From the NCBI GenBank assembly GCA_963760795.1, contig CAVXEP010000013.1, positions 192,001 to 256,000 on the forward strand: a stretch of DNA of 64,000 nucleotides. The letters run 5' to 3'. This document shows, piece by piece, positions 10,389 to 20,302 of this stretch. A model generated the notes under the pieces. That model ran no database searches, was not told the origin of the DNA, and saw only the letters and a program-made list of their open reading frames with translations. This stretch comes from an uncultured delta proteobacterium. Lineage in GTDB: Bacteria > Desulfobacterota > Binatia > UBA9968. The first letter of the stretch is position 1; each line of letters starts with the position of its first letter. A program made the position numbers and the translations under genes.

Positions 10389-10988
10389 ATGATAGGAATA
10401 AACACAACGATTTTCGGTCTTCTAGCCTTAACGGTTGCTTTGATTCAACCTCGCGATGGCAGCGCCGGCGTTCCGACCGATCAGATTCGCGTCACCGTCG
10501 ATCGGGTGCTGACAATTCTCAAAGACCCGGCATTGAATTCCCCTGGCACCAAAGAAGCGCGGCGCTCGGAGTTGAGCAAGGCGATACTGCCGCGATTCGA
10601 TTTCGAGGAAATGGCGAAGCGCTCCTTGGGCGCCGAGTGGCGCCGCCGGACGGATGCGGAACAAAAGGAATTCATCCGGCTGTTTACCGAGCTGCTGAAA
10701 AATTCCTATATCGAGTCCATCGAGGCCTATCGCGGCCAAAGTGTTGTTTACCGCAGTGAATCCCAGGACGGCGCTTACGCCGATGTCGGCACTAGAGTCA
10801 TAAACGAACAGGGGGAAGAATTCAGTATTGATTACCGCCTCAATCTCGATGGAAGTCAATGGAAAGTCTACGACGTGATCATCGAAAACATTAGTATCGT
10901 TAATAATTATCGCTCGCAGTTTGGCCGCATCCTCAGCCGGTCTTCCTTCGCGGAACTGCTGCAAACGATTCGCGGCAAGGTGAATTGA
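10389..10988 (+). CDS. mlaC: MlaC/Ttg2D phospholipid-binding periplasmic protein
   Basis: FDFEEMAKRSLG..W, WKVYDVIIENISIVNNYRSQF motifs; signal peptide. Confidence 0.88.
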   Translation: MIGINTTIFGLLALTVALIQPRDGSAGVPTDQIRVTVDRVLTILKDPALNSPGTKEARRSELSKAILPRFDFEEMAKRSLGAEWRRRTDAEQKEFIRLFTELLKNSYIESIEAYRGQSVVYRSESQDGAYADVGTRVINEQGEEFSIDYRLNLDGSQWKVYDVIIENISIVNNYRSQFGRILSRSSFAELLQTIRGKVN

Positions 10989-11019
10989 GCAAACCTAATA
11001 ATCCCCCTGGGAGGTTCCC

Positions 11020-11520
11020 ATGTATTTACGCACCCTATTGATAGCACTGGCACTTGGAGCATTGGCGTTATTTACCGCGGTCAACTGGAGCGCTTTCACC
11101 ACGCCGACGACTCTTTCGGTGATCTTTGCCAGCGTCGAAGCGCCGCTCGGACTGCTTTTACTTGGGATGGTCGTGCTGCTGGCGGCTTTGTTTCTAATCT
11201 ACGTGGTCTATTTGCAGTCTTCGGTGCTGTTGGAGACCCGCCGCCACACCCGCGAACTGCACTCCCAACGCGAGCTTGCCGAGCATGCCGAAATCTCGCG
11301 CATAAAGGATTTGCGTTCCTTTATCGAAACTCAGCTCAAGACCTTCGGTGAACAATCCGAGCGCTCCCGAGCAGAAACGTCAGCCAGGTTGGACAGGCTT
11401 GAGAGCGAACTGCGCCAGTCCATAGAGCAATGCCATAATTCTCTGGCCGCGTCGATGGCTGAGATCGACGATCGGCTTGAACATGGCGCGGGCGAATCCC
11501 AGTCCCGCAAGCTCACCTAG
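11020..11520 (+). CDS. LapA-family membrane protein with coiled-coil tail
   Basis: Two TM helices flanking N-x9-L-S-V-I-F...APLGLLLLG, then a coiled coil; GGAGG RBS. Confidence 0.65.
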   Translation: MYLRTLLIALALGALALFTAVNWSAFTTPTTLSVIFASVEAPLGLLLLGMVVLLAALFLIYVVYLQSSVLLETRRHTRELHSQRELAEHAEISRIKDLRSFIETQLKTFGEQSERSRAETSARLDRLESELRQSIEQCHNSLAASMAEIDDRLEHGAGESQSRKLT

Positions 11521-11870
11521 CATCGCTTTGAATCGCTGCTGGTACGGAAGACTGAAAGGTTAATTTAGGGTGACTGAGGACTACGGGATGACTTTCAATG
11601 GGCGATCGACGGCAATATTCCTGGCCGAATCTACCGTGGCTTCGCCCGCGGCAACCGATCCTGGTAAAACCCCAGCATCGGCTAATATACCGGCCGGTTA
11701 ACGTTACCGATGCACCTCCTTTTTGGTCGGACACTAGCGCATAAAAAGCTAAGTCAACGAGCTTAGAGAACCAGTTCTTGCAGACAATTCATCGTCGCGC
11801 GTGCTCTCGATCATGTTAGCGGCTCGTGATCGTCGGTGGAGCGACCCGCGCATCGGTCGCTCGGGTGCGG

Positions 11871-12554
11871 TCATGGTACGGAATCCCGCTGATTCCGACG
11901 AGCTTTCCAACAACTGTCAGACATCTCGCGGTAGCGCGCTCGTAACTCGTCGAGATTCGCACCGGCTTCCAAGCGGTCGAGAAAAGCGGCGCCATCGGCG
12001 CAATTCTCCAGTTGGACGAGACCGTCTTTGAATAGCGGCGCGGCCTCATCGTAACGGGCCATTTTTAACAAAGTAGTCGCCAGCGGAAGATTGGTAAAAT
12101 ATTGATCGGGCTGTAAATCTAGAGCGAGCTTTTGCACGAACTCGGCCTGTTTAAAGCTCTTCTCTTTATGCAGCCGGTTGCCGAAGTCGACCAGCCAGAG
12201 AGCGACTTCGCGCATCGCCGTCTCCGTGTCGCGATTCGCGGCAATTGCCGCCAGTTGAGTTTCATTGAGGCGGTAGTTTTCCGCGAGAGACACGAAGCGA
12301 AAAACATTTTCCTTGGTCCCGAACCGCGTTATGAGCTCGGTGAGGAAAACGGGTGGTAATTTTCTCCAACCGCTGCGTTTGCTTAAGACTCCCAACAATG
12401 ATTCCAACTCCGGCAGGCCGGTCCGCGCAAAGGCATAATAACTTCGCAGCAAGCCTCGTACCGTGGCTTGCGGGCTCCTGAGTCGGCGCCATGCCAGTCG
12501 GTAGACAGCGAACAATGCGATTAGTAGCCCGACTAGAAATAATTCAGTGCTCAT
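11871..12554 (-). CDS. Hypothetical membrane-anchored protein with TPR-like C terminus
   Basis: 227 aa, N-terminal TM, helical TPR-like segment (AEFVQKLALDLQPD...LATTLLKMARYDEA); GGAG RBS. Confidence 0.6.
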   Translation of the reverse strand: MSTELFLVGLLIALFAVYRLAWRRLRSPQATVRGLLRSYYAFARTGLPELESLLGVLSKRSGWRKLPPVFLTELITRFGTKENVFRFVSLAENYRLNETQLAAIAANRDTETAMREVALWLVDFGNRLHKEKSFKQAEFVQKLALDLQPDQYFTNLPLATTLLKMARYDEAAPLFKDGLVQLENCADGAAFLDRLEAGANLDELRARYREMSDSCWKARRNQRDSVP

Positions 12555-12773
12555 GCAATCTCCCCGATCCGAAGCGCGGGAGCGCTATGATAGATCGCGC
12601 TGATTTTCCTCACTGAAAACTTTCGATACTCAGCGCAAGATGAGCGAGGTGCACATCGTTAAGTTACTCTGGACAATCGAACTCAGATTAAACAAGGCGA
12701 CGGCGGCAAGAGCGGCGAATCCGGCAAGAATCAGTCCGGCGATCATTGCGATTCTGCGCGTGAACCATAGCCG

Positions 12774-15686
12774 TCATTTAATAATTGCCGATTCTCCGCT
12801 CTGCACCAGCGCCACGGGAAAGCTTCTGAAGATTTGCTGCAATGGCAAACCCTTTTGCTTGTCTTTTATTGTGCATGCGGACAGATTCTCGCCGGTCAAA
12901 ATATTGTGCCAAGAGTTTGCCGCTCCATGGGGCAAAGGTAGCACCCCATCCTCCCAGATTGGTTCTCCTAGCGGCGGCGGACCGGCCGGTAAAATACCGG
13001 CCAGGAGCCGCGGTGCCATGGCGATGACCCATCGGTCATCCAACCGGCGCGCGAAGGCGCAAATATTTTCGCGGAATTTTCCCGCGGCAAAGAGCGGCAC
13101 ATAACTGCCCCGTTGAAACAGCACCGCGTGCTCGCGTCGAAAGTTCAATGTCCGGTAGATCAGATACTGCTTGACGCGGCCGTCTTGCCACTGGGAAATC
13201 AAATCGCGCAAAAGACCGGCGCGATCGGTTTGCTCCCCCCGTTTGAGTTCGTTCAGAAAATTTCTTCGCTTGGCATAGTCCACCGGCCGGCGGTTATCGG
13301 GATCCACCAGGCTCAGATCCCAGAGCTCCGTCCCTTGATAAAAGTCCGGCACGCCGGGTGCGGTCATCTTCAGCAGCGTCTGCGCCAGCGAATTGAGCAT
13401 GCCGACGTAAGCGATCCGCCCATGAAACTGACTAAAGTCGTTCATGAACTCGTCGCCACTCTCGGGACTGAGAGTTTGCGTCACAAAGTTTTCCACGGCG
13501 CGAACGTAAGCATCGTTTGGATTCACCCAGCTGGTGTGAACCTTGGCTTCCTTGATCGCCTTCTGCATGTAGGCGGCGATGCGCTGGCGTAACTCGGCCA
13601 ACTCTTCGCGGTTGAGCGAACCGGCCGGCCAAGTGCCAACCAGCGTCTGATAGAACAAGTACTCGTCGTTGCGGTCCGGACCGGGCGCGCCATTGACCGT
13701 GGTTTTTTTCGCGCCATTGAGTTTCGTCCAGCGCAGCAGCGCGGCGCGCCAATCCGCCGCGATCTCCGATAGCACGTCGATACGGGCGCGCGTATCCTCG
13801 CTGCGCTTGGTGTCGTGGGTCGAGCTGGCCAACATCGAGTGCGGCCAGTTTTTTCGCCTCGCGCCGTTCTGGCGGTGAAAATTTTCGAGCGACAGCCCAA
13901 ACTGTTCCGGTTCGCCGCCCACCTCGTTCAAGGACACCAGCCGGTTGTAGATATAGAAAGACGTGTCTTCCACCGCCTTGGCCATGACGGGTCCGGTGAC
14001 CTGCTGAAGATGCATGACAAAGTCGATGACATGCTGGCGGTCTGGTTCGCGGAAGCGGCCAAGGTTATTGAGTTGCAGCGTGTCCTTGACGAAATCGAAG
14101 ATCGCCCGAGCCGTCCGCGGATTGCGTCTCCTCGCATCCTCTACCGCAGATGCGATATATTTCCGGTCCGTGTCCGACACGGTCCCGGCGTGAGCATCGG
14201 CATAGGTCCGATAGACGGACAGACAAGCGATCACCTCGCGAATCGCAAAGGTCAGGCCATTGAGCGTAAAGTCCCGGTAATGACGATTGCGCTCGGAAAT
14301 GCGGTCGAGCTGGTGGCTCAGGGAATTAATTTCGCTCGCCAAGGACACCAGCATGATCATTTTCTTGCGCGAATTCACCATCTCGCGATAATCGCTTTTC
14401 ACGCCGATGAAGTCGCTGTAGATTTTATCAAACGCCCGGCGGCTCGCGCCGCGCACCAACAGGCCATTCACCTGGGCGAGAAAGTCGTAGCCCGTGGTGC
14501 CGTGCACCGCCCAATCCTCCGGCAACGGCTCGCCTTCCGAAAGAATCTTTTCGGCGACGATGTACAATGGCCGCGCCGGCGATCCGTTGCCAATTCCATT
14601 CCCGCCGGCGTCTTGGCCCAACTGGGTTTGCTGGAGGTGATTGAAATAGGCCATTGGATCGCGCAGACCGTCCGGATGATCGACCCGTAAGCCGGTGGCT
14701 TTGCCCTCGCTGACCAGCCGCAGGATCAGTTGGTGCGTCGCTTGGAACACTTCTGGAGTTTCCGTGCGGATCGCCGCCAACTCGTTGATATCGAAAAACC
14801 GCCGGTAGTTGACCTCGTCGCCGGCAACACGCCAGAACGCCAAGCGATAGGCCTGCGCGTCCATCAAGCGATCGAGCAGATCGAAGCTCTGCGGCTCACC
14901 GGCGTTGCCGTTGAATTGTCGAACCGTCGAATCGATAGCATTTCTTACCTCGGCGCTGTCCTGATACAGCGCGACGATGCGCCGTTTGATGACTTCCTTC
15001 TCGCGCCGGCCTTCTTCAAGCTTTTCCAGATCCGCTTCGGTGCGCGGTGGCAGGTGGCCGATGGCGGTTAAAATACTCTGCAGCTCGATCACCGACGGGG
15101 CGTCTTTGCCGAGGGTTGCGATCAAGCCATCGATCTGGTGCGACAGGATGGCGCTGTAGGTGCGCGGCGCCACCGGCAGACTGGCATCGTAATGGTAAAT
15201 GAAAAACGCGCCGCTTTCGTAGGCCAGCCGGAGCTTGCCCTCTTCCAGGACGATGCCGTACTGGTCTTCGAGGATCGGCAGCAGCACTTTGTTCTCAAGG
15301 TGAGGATTGGCAGGCTGCCAGTCGATATCGAAGTAAGCCGCGTAGCTCGAACTAGGACCGTTCTCAAGGACATCCGTCCACCAGACGTTGCTGGTTTCGC
15401 CGATGCCCATGTGGTTGGGCACGATATCCAAAATAAGACCCAGACCTGCGGATTTTAGGGCCGCGGCAAAGACATCAAAAGCCACCTCGCCGCCGAGTGC
15501 CGGATCGATTTGGCTGTGATCGACGACATCGTAACCATGCATGCTGCCGGCGCGGGCTTTGAAAATCGGCGAGGCGTACGCATCGGAGACGCCGAGATCG
15601 CGCAGATACTCGATCAGCCGGGTAGCGTCGGCAAAGCCGAAGTCTTTGTGAAATTGCCAGCGATAGGTCGCGGTTGGAATGCGCAT
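12774..15686 (-). CDS. treY: Malto-oligosyltrehalose synthase
   Basis: PTATYRWQF, HGYDVVD, DIVPNHMG, LRVDHPDGL, SSTHDTKRSED, PGVPDFYQG, SLVDPDNRRPVD. Confidence 0.96.
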   Translation of the reverse strand: MRIPTATYRWQFHKDFGFADATRLIEYLRDLGVSDAYASPIFKARAGSMHGYDVVDHSQIDPALGGEVAFDVFAAALKSAGLGLILDIVPNHMGIGETSNVWWTDVLENGPSSSYAAYFDIDWQPANPHLENKVLLPILEDQYGIVLEEGKLRLAYESGAFFIYHYDASLPVAPRTYSAILSHQIDGLIATLGKDAPSVIELQSILTAIGHLPPRTEADLEKLEEGRREKEVIKRRIVALYQDSAEVRNAIDSTVRQFNGNAGEPQSFDLLDRLMDAQAYRLAFWRVAGDEVNYRRFFDINELAAIRTETPEVFQATHQLILRLVSEGKATGLRVDHPDGLRDPMAYFNHLQQTQLGQDAGGNGIGNGSPARPLYIVAEKILSEGEPLPEDWAVHGTTGYDFLAQVNGLLVRGASRRAFDKIYSDFIGVKSDYREMVNSRKKMIMLVSLASEINSLSHQLDRISERNRHYRDFTLNGLTFAIREVIACLSVYRTYADAHAGTVSDTDRKYIASAVEDARRRNPRTARAIFDFVKDTLQLNNLGRFREPDRQHVIDFVMHLQQVTGPVMAKAVEDTSFYIYNRLVSLNEVGGEPEQFGLSLENFHRQNGARRKNWPHSMLASSTHDTKRSEDTRARIDVLSEIAADWRAALLRWTKLNGAKKTTVNGAPGPDRNDEYLFYQTLVGTWPAGSLNREELAELRQRIAAYMQKAIKEAKVHTSWVNPNDAYVRAVENFVTQTLSPESGDEFMNDFSQFHGRIAYVGMLNSLAQTLLKMTAPGVPDFYQGTELWDLSLVDPDNRRPVDYAKRRNFLNELKRGEQTDRAGLLRDLISQWQDGRVKQYLIYRTLNFRREHAVLFQRGSYVPLFAAGKFRENICAFARRLDDRWVIAMAPRLLAGILPAGPPPLGEPIWEDGVLPLPHGAANSWHNILTGENLSACTIKDKQKGLPLQQIFRSFPVALVQSGESAIIK

Positions 15687-15889
15687 TATTTTCTACCCGG
15701 TTGTGAGCATGCCCGCTGAATATTTTCTCGCAAAGGGATCATCCCTATTTCGTTGTTGCCGTCAGGCCAATCGAATAGGCAAAGATCGACCCCTGTGGCG
15801 TTTTCGGAAAAGATCGAAAAATTAATTCCGGCGCCGTTCCACCTGGCGCCGAGAGGACAAGGTTTGCCTGGCCGCACTTTCATCGTCAT
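15686..15889 (-). pseudogene. glgX: GlgX (glycogen debranching enzyme) N-terminal remnant
   Basis: MKVRPGKPCPLGARWNGAGINFSIFSENATGVDLCLFD matches the GlgX N terminus, but the ORF stops after 67 codons. Confidence 0.85.
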
Positions 15890-17784
15890 CGTTTCACTGC
15901 CGAAGCCTTTTTTTGGGTTTGTTTAACGCGCATGAAGAGCGCCGACGACGACGACGGTAAACGCAACTCGACGCTTTCCGCGCAGTCGAATTCCGCCGGC
16001 AGCTCGCTGCCCGCGCCTCGCCAACGCGCCTCGCTTGAGTCGAGCCCTTTGCGCCAGCGGCCCGGCGCCATCGGCAGCGCCAACGACACCGGCTCAGAAT
16101 TGAAATTGAATAGGGTCACGACGACTTCCTTGCCGCGCCACCGGCGCAACAACAGTACGCGGTCGTTGTCGAAGCCGATGACCTCGCAGCGCTCTTTGCT
16201 CAACCGCGCCAAGGGCGCCAACTTTTGACGCAGGCGCAGCAGCTCGCGGTAGAAATCCCATAGCACGCGGTATTTGCCGTCGACTTTCAGTTGATGATTG
16301 AGCTTGGCGCGCAAAAAAGTTTTTTCATCCTGGGGATCGGGTGGCTCGCCTAGCCAACCGAAGGACGCGAACTCGCCGCGCCGACCGTTGCGCACGGCAT
16401 CGATTAGAGCGGTATCGCCGTGGCTGATAAAATACTGAAACGGCGCCTCTTCACCGTATTCCTCGCCCATGAAAAGCAACGGCAGATACGGCGAAAGGAT
16501 CACCGCCGCGGCGGCCAGCTTCAACGATTCGAAAGAGACCAATTGGCTCAGCCGCTCGCCGAGCAGGCGATTGCCCACCTGGTCGTGATTTTGCGAAAAC
16601 ACGACAAAGCGCTCGGCGGCAATGTCTTGCGTCGAAGTTCCATGCCGGTGCCGGCGATGTTTAGAATACTCGCCGGAATAGACGAAGCCCTCGCGGAAAG
16701 CTTTGACTAATTGGCTGAACTTGCCGTAGTCCTCATAATAGCCGGATCGTTCGTCGGTCAACACGCCACGCAGCGCGTGGTGAAAATCGTCGTTCCACTG
16801 GCCGTCGAGGCCGTAGCCGCCAACCTCGCGCGAGCGAATCAGGCGCGCGTCGTTGGCGGCGCTTTCCGGGAAAAGAAATATCTGGCGATTCAGGGTCCTT
16901 GCGGCTTGGTGTACTTCGTCTCCCAATTGTTCGACGAAAGTGTACGGCGAGTGATCCAAAATCGTGTGCACCGCGTCCAAACGCAGCGCATCGATGTGAT
17001 ATTCACAAACCCAGTAAAGCGCGTTGTCGATAAAATAACGGCGCACCGGATCGCTATCCGGCCCGTCGAAGTTCAGCGCCGGGCCCCATGGCGTCTTGTA
17101 GCGGTCAGTAAAGTACGGACCGAAATCGGCAAGACAGTTTCCTTCCGGCCCGAGATGGTTGTAGACGACGTCGAGAATCACCGCCAAGCCGGTCTCGTGA
17201 CAAGCGTTGACCAAGCGTTTGAGACCTTGCGGCCCGCCGTAGGAATCTTGCACGGCGAAGGGCAGCACGCCGTCGTAGCCCCAGTTGCGGCTTCCGGGAA
17301 ACTGCGCCACCGGCATCAATTCGATGGCCGTGATGCCGAAAGCTTTGAGCTCGACGAGATGCGCCACGACGGCTTCGAACGTGCCGGCGCCGGTGAAGGT
17401 GCCAACGTGCAGTTCGTAAATAACGTAGCGCGCCAGCGGCAAACCCAACCAAGAGGCGTCTTCCCAGGGAAAATTCGCGTCAATCACCGCAGAGGGGCCG
17501 TGGACGCCCTGAGGTTGGAAACGTGAAGCCGGATCGGGCCGGTCTTGCGCGCCATCGAGCCGGTAACGATAAAGCGTGCCGCTTGGGATATCGTCAATCT
17601 CCGCGACAAAGTATCCGTCCGCGCCACGGTCGAGTGGCGCCGCGCGCCCGTTTGGGCCGTTAATAACCTCGACGGAATGGGCCGTGGGCGCCCAGACGCG
17701 AAAACCGCAGCGGTTGTTCTCTAACAATTGTGCGCCAATCCAGGTTTGCAATTTTAACCTCACTCCCGTTCGATCGTGATCCAC
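15886..17784 (-). CDS. treZ: Malto-oligosyltrehalose trehalohydrolase
   Basis: [52 protein letters not shown]; true start may lie slightly downstream (TTG near 17751). Confidence 0.95.
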   Translation of the reverse strand: MDHDRTGVRLKLQTWIGAQLLENNRCGFRVWAPTAHSVEVINGPNGRAAPLDRGADGYFVAEIDDIPSGTLYRYRLDGAQDRPDPASRFQPQGVHGPSAVIDANFPWEDASWLGLPLARYVIYELHVGTFTGAGTFEAVVAHLVELKAFGITAIELMPVAQFPGSRNWGYDGVLPFAVQDSYGGPQGLKRLVNACHETGLAVILDVVYNHLGPEGNCLADFGPYFTDRYKTPWGPALNFDGPDSDPVRRYFIDNALYWVCEYHIDALRLDAVHTILDHSPYTFVEQLGDEVHQAARTLNRQIFLFPESAANDARLIRSREVGGYGLDGQWNDDFHHALRGVLTDERSGYYEDYGKFSQLVKAFREGFVYSGEYSKHRRHRHGTSTQDIAAERFVVFSQNHDQVGNRLLGERLSQLVSFESLKLAAAAVILSPYLPLLFMGEEYGEEAPFQYFISHGDTALIDAVRNGRRGEFASFGWLGEPPDPQDEKTFLRAKLNHQLKVDGKYRVLWDFYRELLRLRQKLAPLARLSKERCEVIGFDNDRVLLLRRWRGKEVVVTLFNFNSEPVSLALPMAPGRWRKGLDSSEARWRGAGSELPAEFDCAESVELRLPSSSSALFMRVKQTQKKASAVKR

Positions 17785-17789
17785 CGGTG

Positions 17790-18205
17790 TTTCTCCGCGG
17801 CGCGCGGAACAACCGTAATCCTGACTCCCGAAACGAGTGCCCGCTCGCGGTCGTTTTCGCGGTCCTAACCGATCTCGGTTCCCGGAACCAAGGCGTTAAA
17901 TTTGTCGATGAGGACGTTTTTGTTGCGGCCGCCGCGATGGCGGTAATTGTGCATGCCCACGTTGTGACCGATGACCGAGCCGTCAATCCCGCTGCCGCTG
18001 CTGATGGCGCCTTCGGCGACGATGGAACTACTCGCCACCGCGCTTCGGCTGGCCTCGTCGAAAACCAATTTCGGCGGCGCCCGCCATAACCTAACGTTTG
18101 GATCGGCCAGCTTTTACAGTATAAATTTATCGACCGGCTCACCGCTCTCAGATCCATGTTCGCCGCGAAGCAGGCTTTCTCCCGCTCATATGATTCCGCG
18201 GACAC
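17790..18205 (-). pseudogene. glgC: GlgC (glucose-1-phosphate adenylyltransferase) C-terminal remnant
   Basis: Across frames: ANMDLRAVSRSINLYCKSWPIQT / PPKLVFDE...SIVAEGAISSG..IDGSVIGHNV / LIDK...VPGTEIG*DRENDRER..VS...ITVVPR; follows the GlgC C-terminal consensus with a frameshift, a deletion and an in-frame stop. Confidence 0.75.
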
Positions 18206-18307
18206 CCCTAATTATTTCCTAAATCTATCGCTCGCATCCGGAGCGCTCATGGGAAGCCGAGGCCAAGCGCTAACGGTTCCTGAATTTTTTGGCTGCGCCG
18301 TCAAGGA

Positions 18308-20233
18308 TCAACCCTCACTCTTGAAAAACGACGCCGACAACGGCGGCAGCGTGATCGTCAAGGAATGGGATCGGCCGTGCAGCGCAACCGGCGCCGCTTC
18401 GACGCCGCCGAGATTGCCCATGTTGCTGCCGCCATACACCGCCGCATCGCTGTTCAAGGCTTCGTGCCAAAAGCCGCCGCGCGGCGCGCCGACCCGGTAA
18501 CTGTAGCGCGGCACCGGGGTGAAATTGCAAATGACCAGAATAATCGTCGAGGTGGTTTTGCCCTTGCGCATGAGACTGATCACGCTTGCCTCGGCGTCGC
18601 CGCAATCGATCCATTCGAAACCGCCGGGATCGCAATCCTGTTCGTAGAGCGCCGGCTCGTTCTTGTACAGATGATTGAGCTCGCGCACAAATTTCTGCAG
18701 ACCGGCGTGCAACGGTTGATCGAGCAGCTCCCACTGCAAGCTCGCGTCATGCGTCCATTCGCTCCACTGGCCGAATTCGCCGCCCATGAACAGCAATTTC
18801 TTTGACGGCTGGGCGTACATGTAGCCGAAGAGCGCGCGCAGGTTGGCGCACTTCTGCCAGTCGTCGCCGGGCATTTTGCCGAGCAACGAACCTTTGCCGT
18901 ACACCACTTCGTCGTGGGATAGCGGCAGGACGAAATTTTCCTGAAAGGCGTAGAGCATGCGAAAGGTCAGCTTGTTGTGATGGTAGCGCCGATGCACCGG
19001 ATCCTGGCGCATGTATTCTAACGTATCGTGCATCCAGCCCATGTCCCACTTGAGTCCGAAGCCCAAGCCGCCGAGATAATTGGGCCGCGAGACCATCGGC
19101 CACGATGTCGATTCCTCGGCGATGGTTTCAACCTCGGGGTGATGCTCGTAGACGGCCGCGTTCAAGCGGCGCAGAAATTCGACCGCTTCGATATTTTCCC
19201 GGCCGCCGTACTTGTTGGGAATCCATTCGCCTGCTTTGCGCGCATAGTCGAGATAGAGCATCGATGCCACCGCGTCGACGCGCAAACCGTCGGCGTGGTA
19301 CTGGTCGAGCCAGAACAGGGCGTTGCTGATCAAGAAGCTCTGCACCTCGTTGCGGCCACAATTAAAGATGCAGCTATGCCACTCCGGGTGATATCCCTGG
19401 CGCGGGTCGGCATGTTCGTAAAGATGCGTGCCGTCGAAATACGCCAGGCCATGTTCGTCGCTCGGGAAATGCGACGGCACCCAGTCGAGAATCACGCCGA
19501 TGCCGCGCTGGTGCAGCGCGTCGATGAGCAGCATGAGATCCTGCGGCGTGCCATAATTAGCCGACGGCGCGAAGTAACCGGTAACTTGATAACCCCAAGA
19601 GCCGAAAAACGGATGATCCATGACCGGCATAAACTCGACATGGCTGTAACCCATGTGATGCAGGTAATCCGCCAGCTCGACCGCCAACTCGCGATAGGAC
19701 AGCGAGCGGTGAGCTTCCCCCGCCATCCGCCGCCAGGAACCGATATGCATTTCGTAAATCGACATCGGCTTGTCGAGGCCCTGATGGTGCTGCCGGTTAC
19801 CCATCCACTGCTGGTCCTTCCATTGATAATCCAAATCCCAGACGATGGACGCGAACTTCGGCGGAATCTCATTGAAGATGGAGAACGGATCGGCCTTGTC
19901 GGCGCTGTAGCCGTTGAAGCGCGAGCCGATGTGATACTTGTACAGCGTGCCTTTGCCGATGTTGGGGAGAAATCCTTCCCAGATGCCGGAATCGCCCTTC
20001 GGTTGCAAGGAGTGACTGCCTTTCTCCCAACCGTTAAACTCGCCGATGACGCTGACATGATTGGCATTGGGCGCCCATACCGCGAAATAGGTGCCGCTCT
20101 CGAAGTCGCCGCCGGCGGCGCTTCCCCGCGCGACCAAATGAGCGCCGAGTTTGTCGTACAGACGAAAATGACTGCCCTCGTTGAAGAGAAACAGATCTTG
20201 ATCGGATAAAAGACTTAGAGATTCCATAGCCAT
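18308..20233 (-). CDS. glgB: 1,4-alpha-glucan branching enzyme
   Basis: [51 protein letters not shown]. Confidence 0.96.
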   Translation of the reverse strand: MAMESLSLLSDQDLFLFNEGSHFRLYDKLGAHLVARGSAAGGDFESGTYFAVWAPNANHVSVIGEFNGWEKGSHSLQPKGDSGIWEGFLPNIGKGTLYKYHIGSRFNGYSADKADPFSIFNEIPPKFASIVWDLDYQWKDQQWMGNRQHHQGLDKPMSIYEMHIGSWRRMAGEAHRSLSYRELAVELADYLHHMGYSHVEFMPVMDHPFFGSWGYQVTGYFAPSANYGTPQDLMLLIDALHQRGIGVILDWVPSHFPSDEHGLAYFDGTHLYEHADPRQGYHPEWHSCIFNCGRNEVQSFLISNALFWLDQYHADGLRVDAVASMLYLDYARKAGEWIPNKYGGRENIEAVEFLRRLNAAVYEHHPEVETIAEESTSWPMVSRPNYLGGLGFGLKWDMGWMHDTLEYMRQDPVHRRYHHNKLTFRMLYAFQENFVLPLSHDEVVYGKGSLLGKMPGDDWQKCANLRALFGYMYAQPSKKLLFMGGEFGQWSEWTHDASLQWELLDQPLHAGLQKFVRELNHLYKNEPALYEQDCDPGGFEWIDCGDAEASVISLMRKGKTTSTIILVICNFTPVPRYSYRVGAPRGGFWHEALNSDAAVYGGSNMGNLGGVEAAPVALHGRSHSLTITLPPLSASFFKSEG

Positions 20234-20302
20234 GCTTCGCTCTCACTTCCTCACTTCTTACGGAGGCCGCGCAGATCGGTTTTTTCAGATATCACGTTGC
20301 GC

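Noticed and set aside
12630-12746. 38-aa hydrophobic minus-strand ORF after treY (MIAGLILAGFAALAAVALFNL...)
   Set aside because: Could be a small membrane peptide or a remnant, but there is no clear RBS or family signature to support a call
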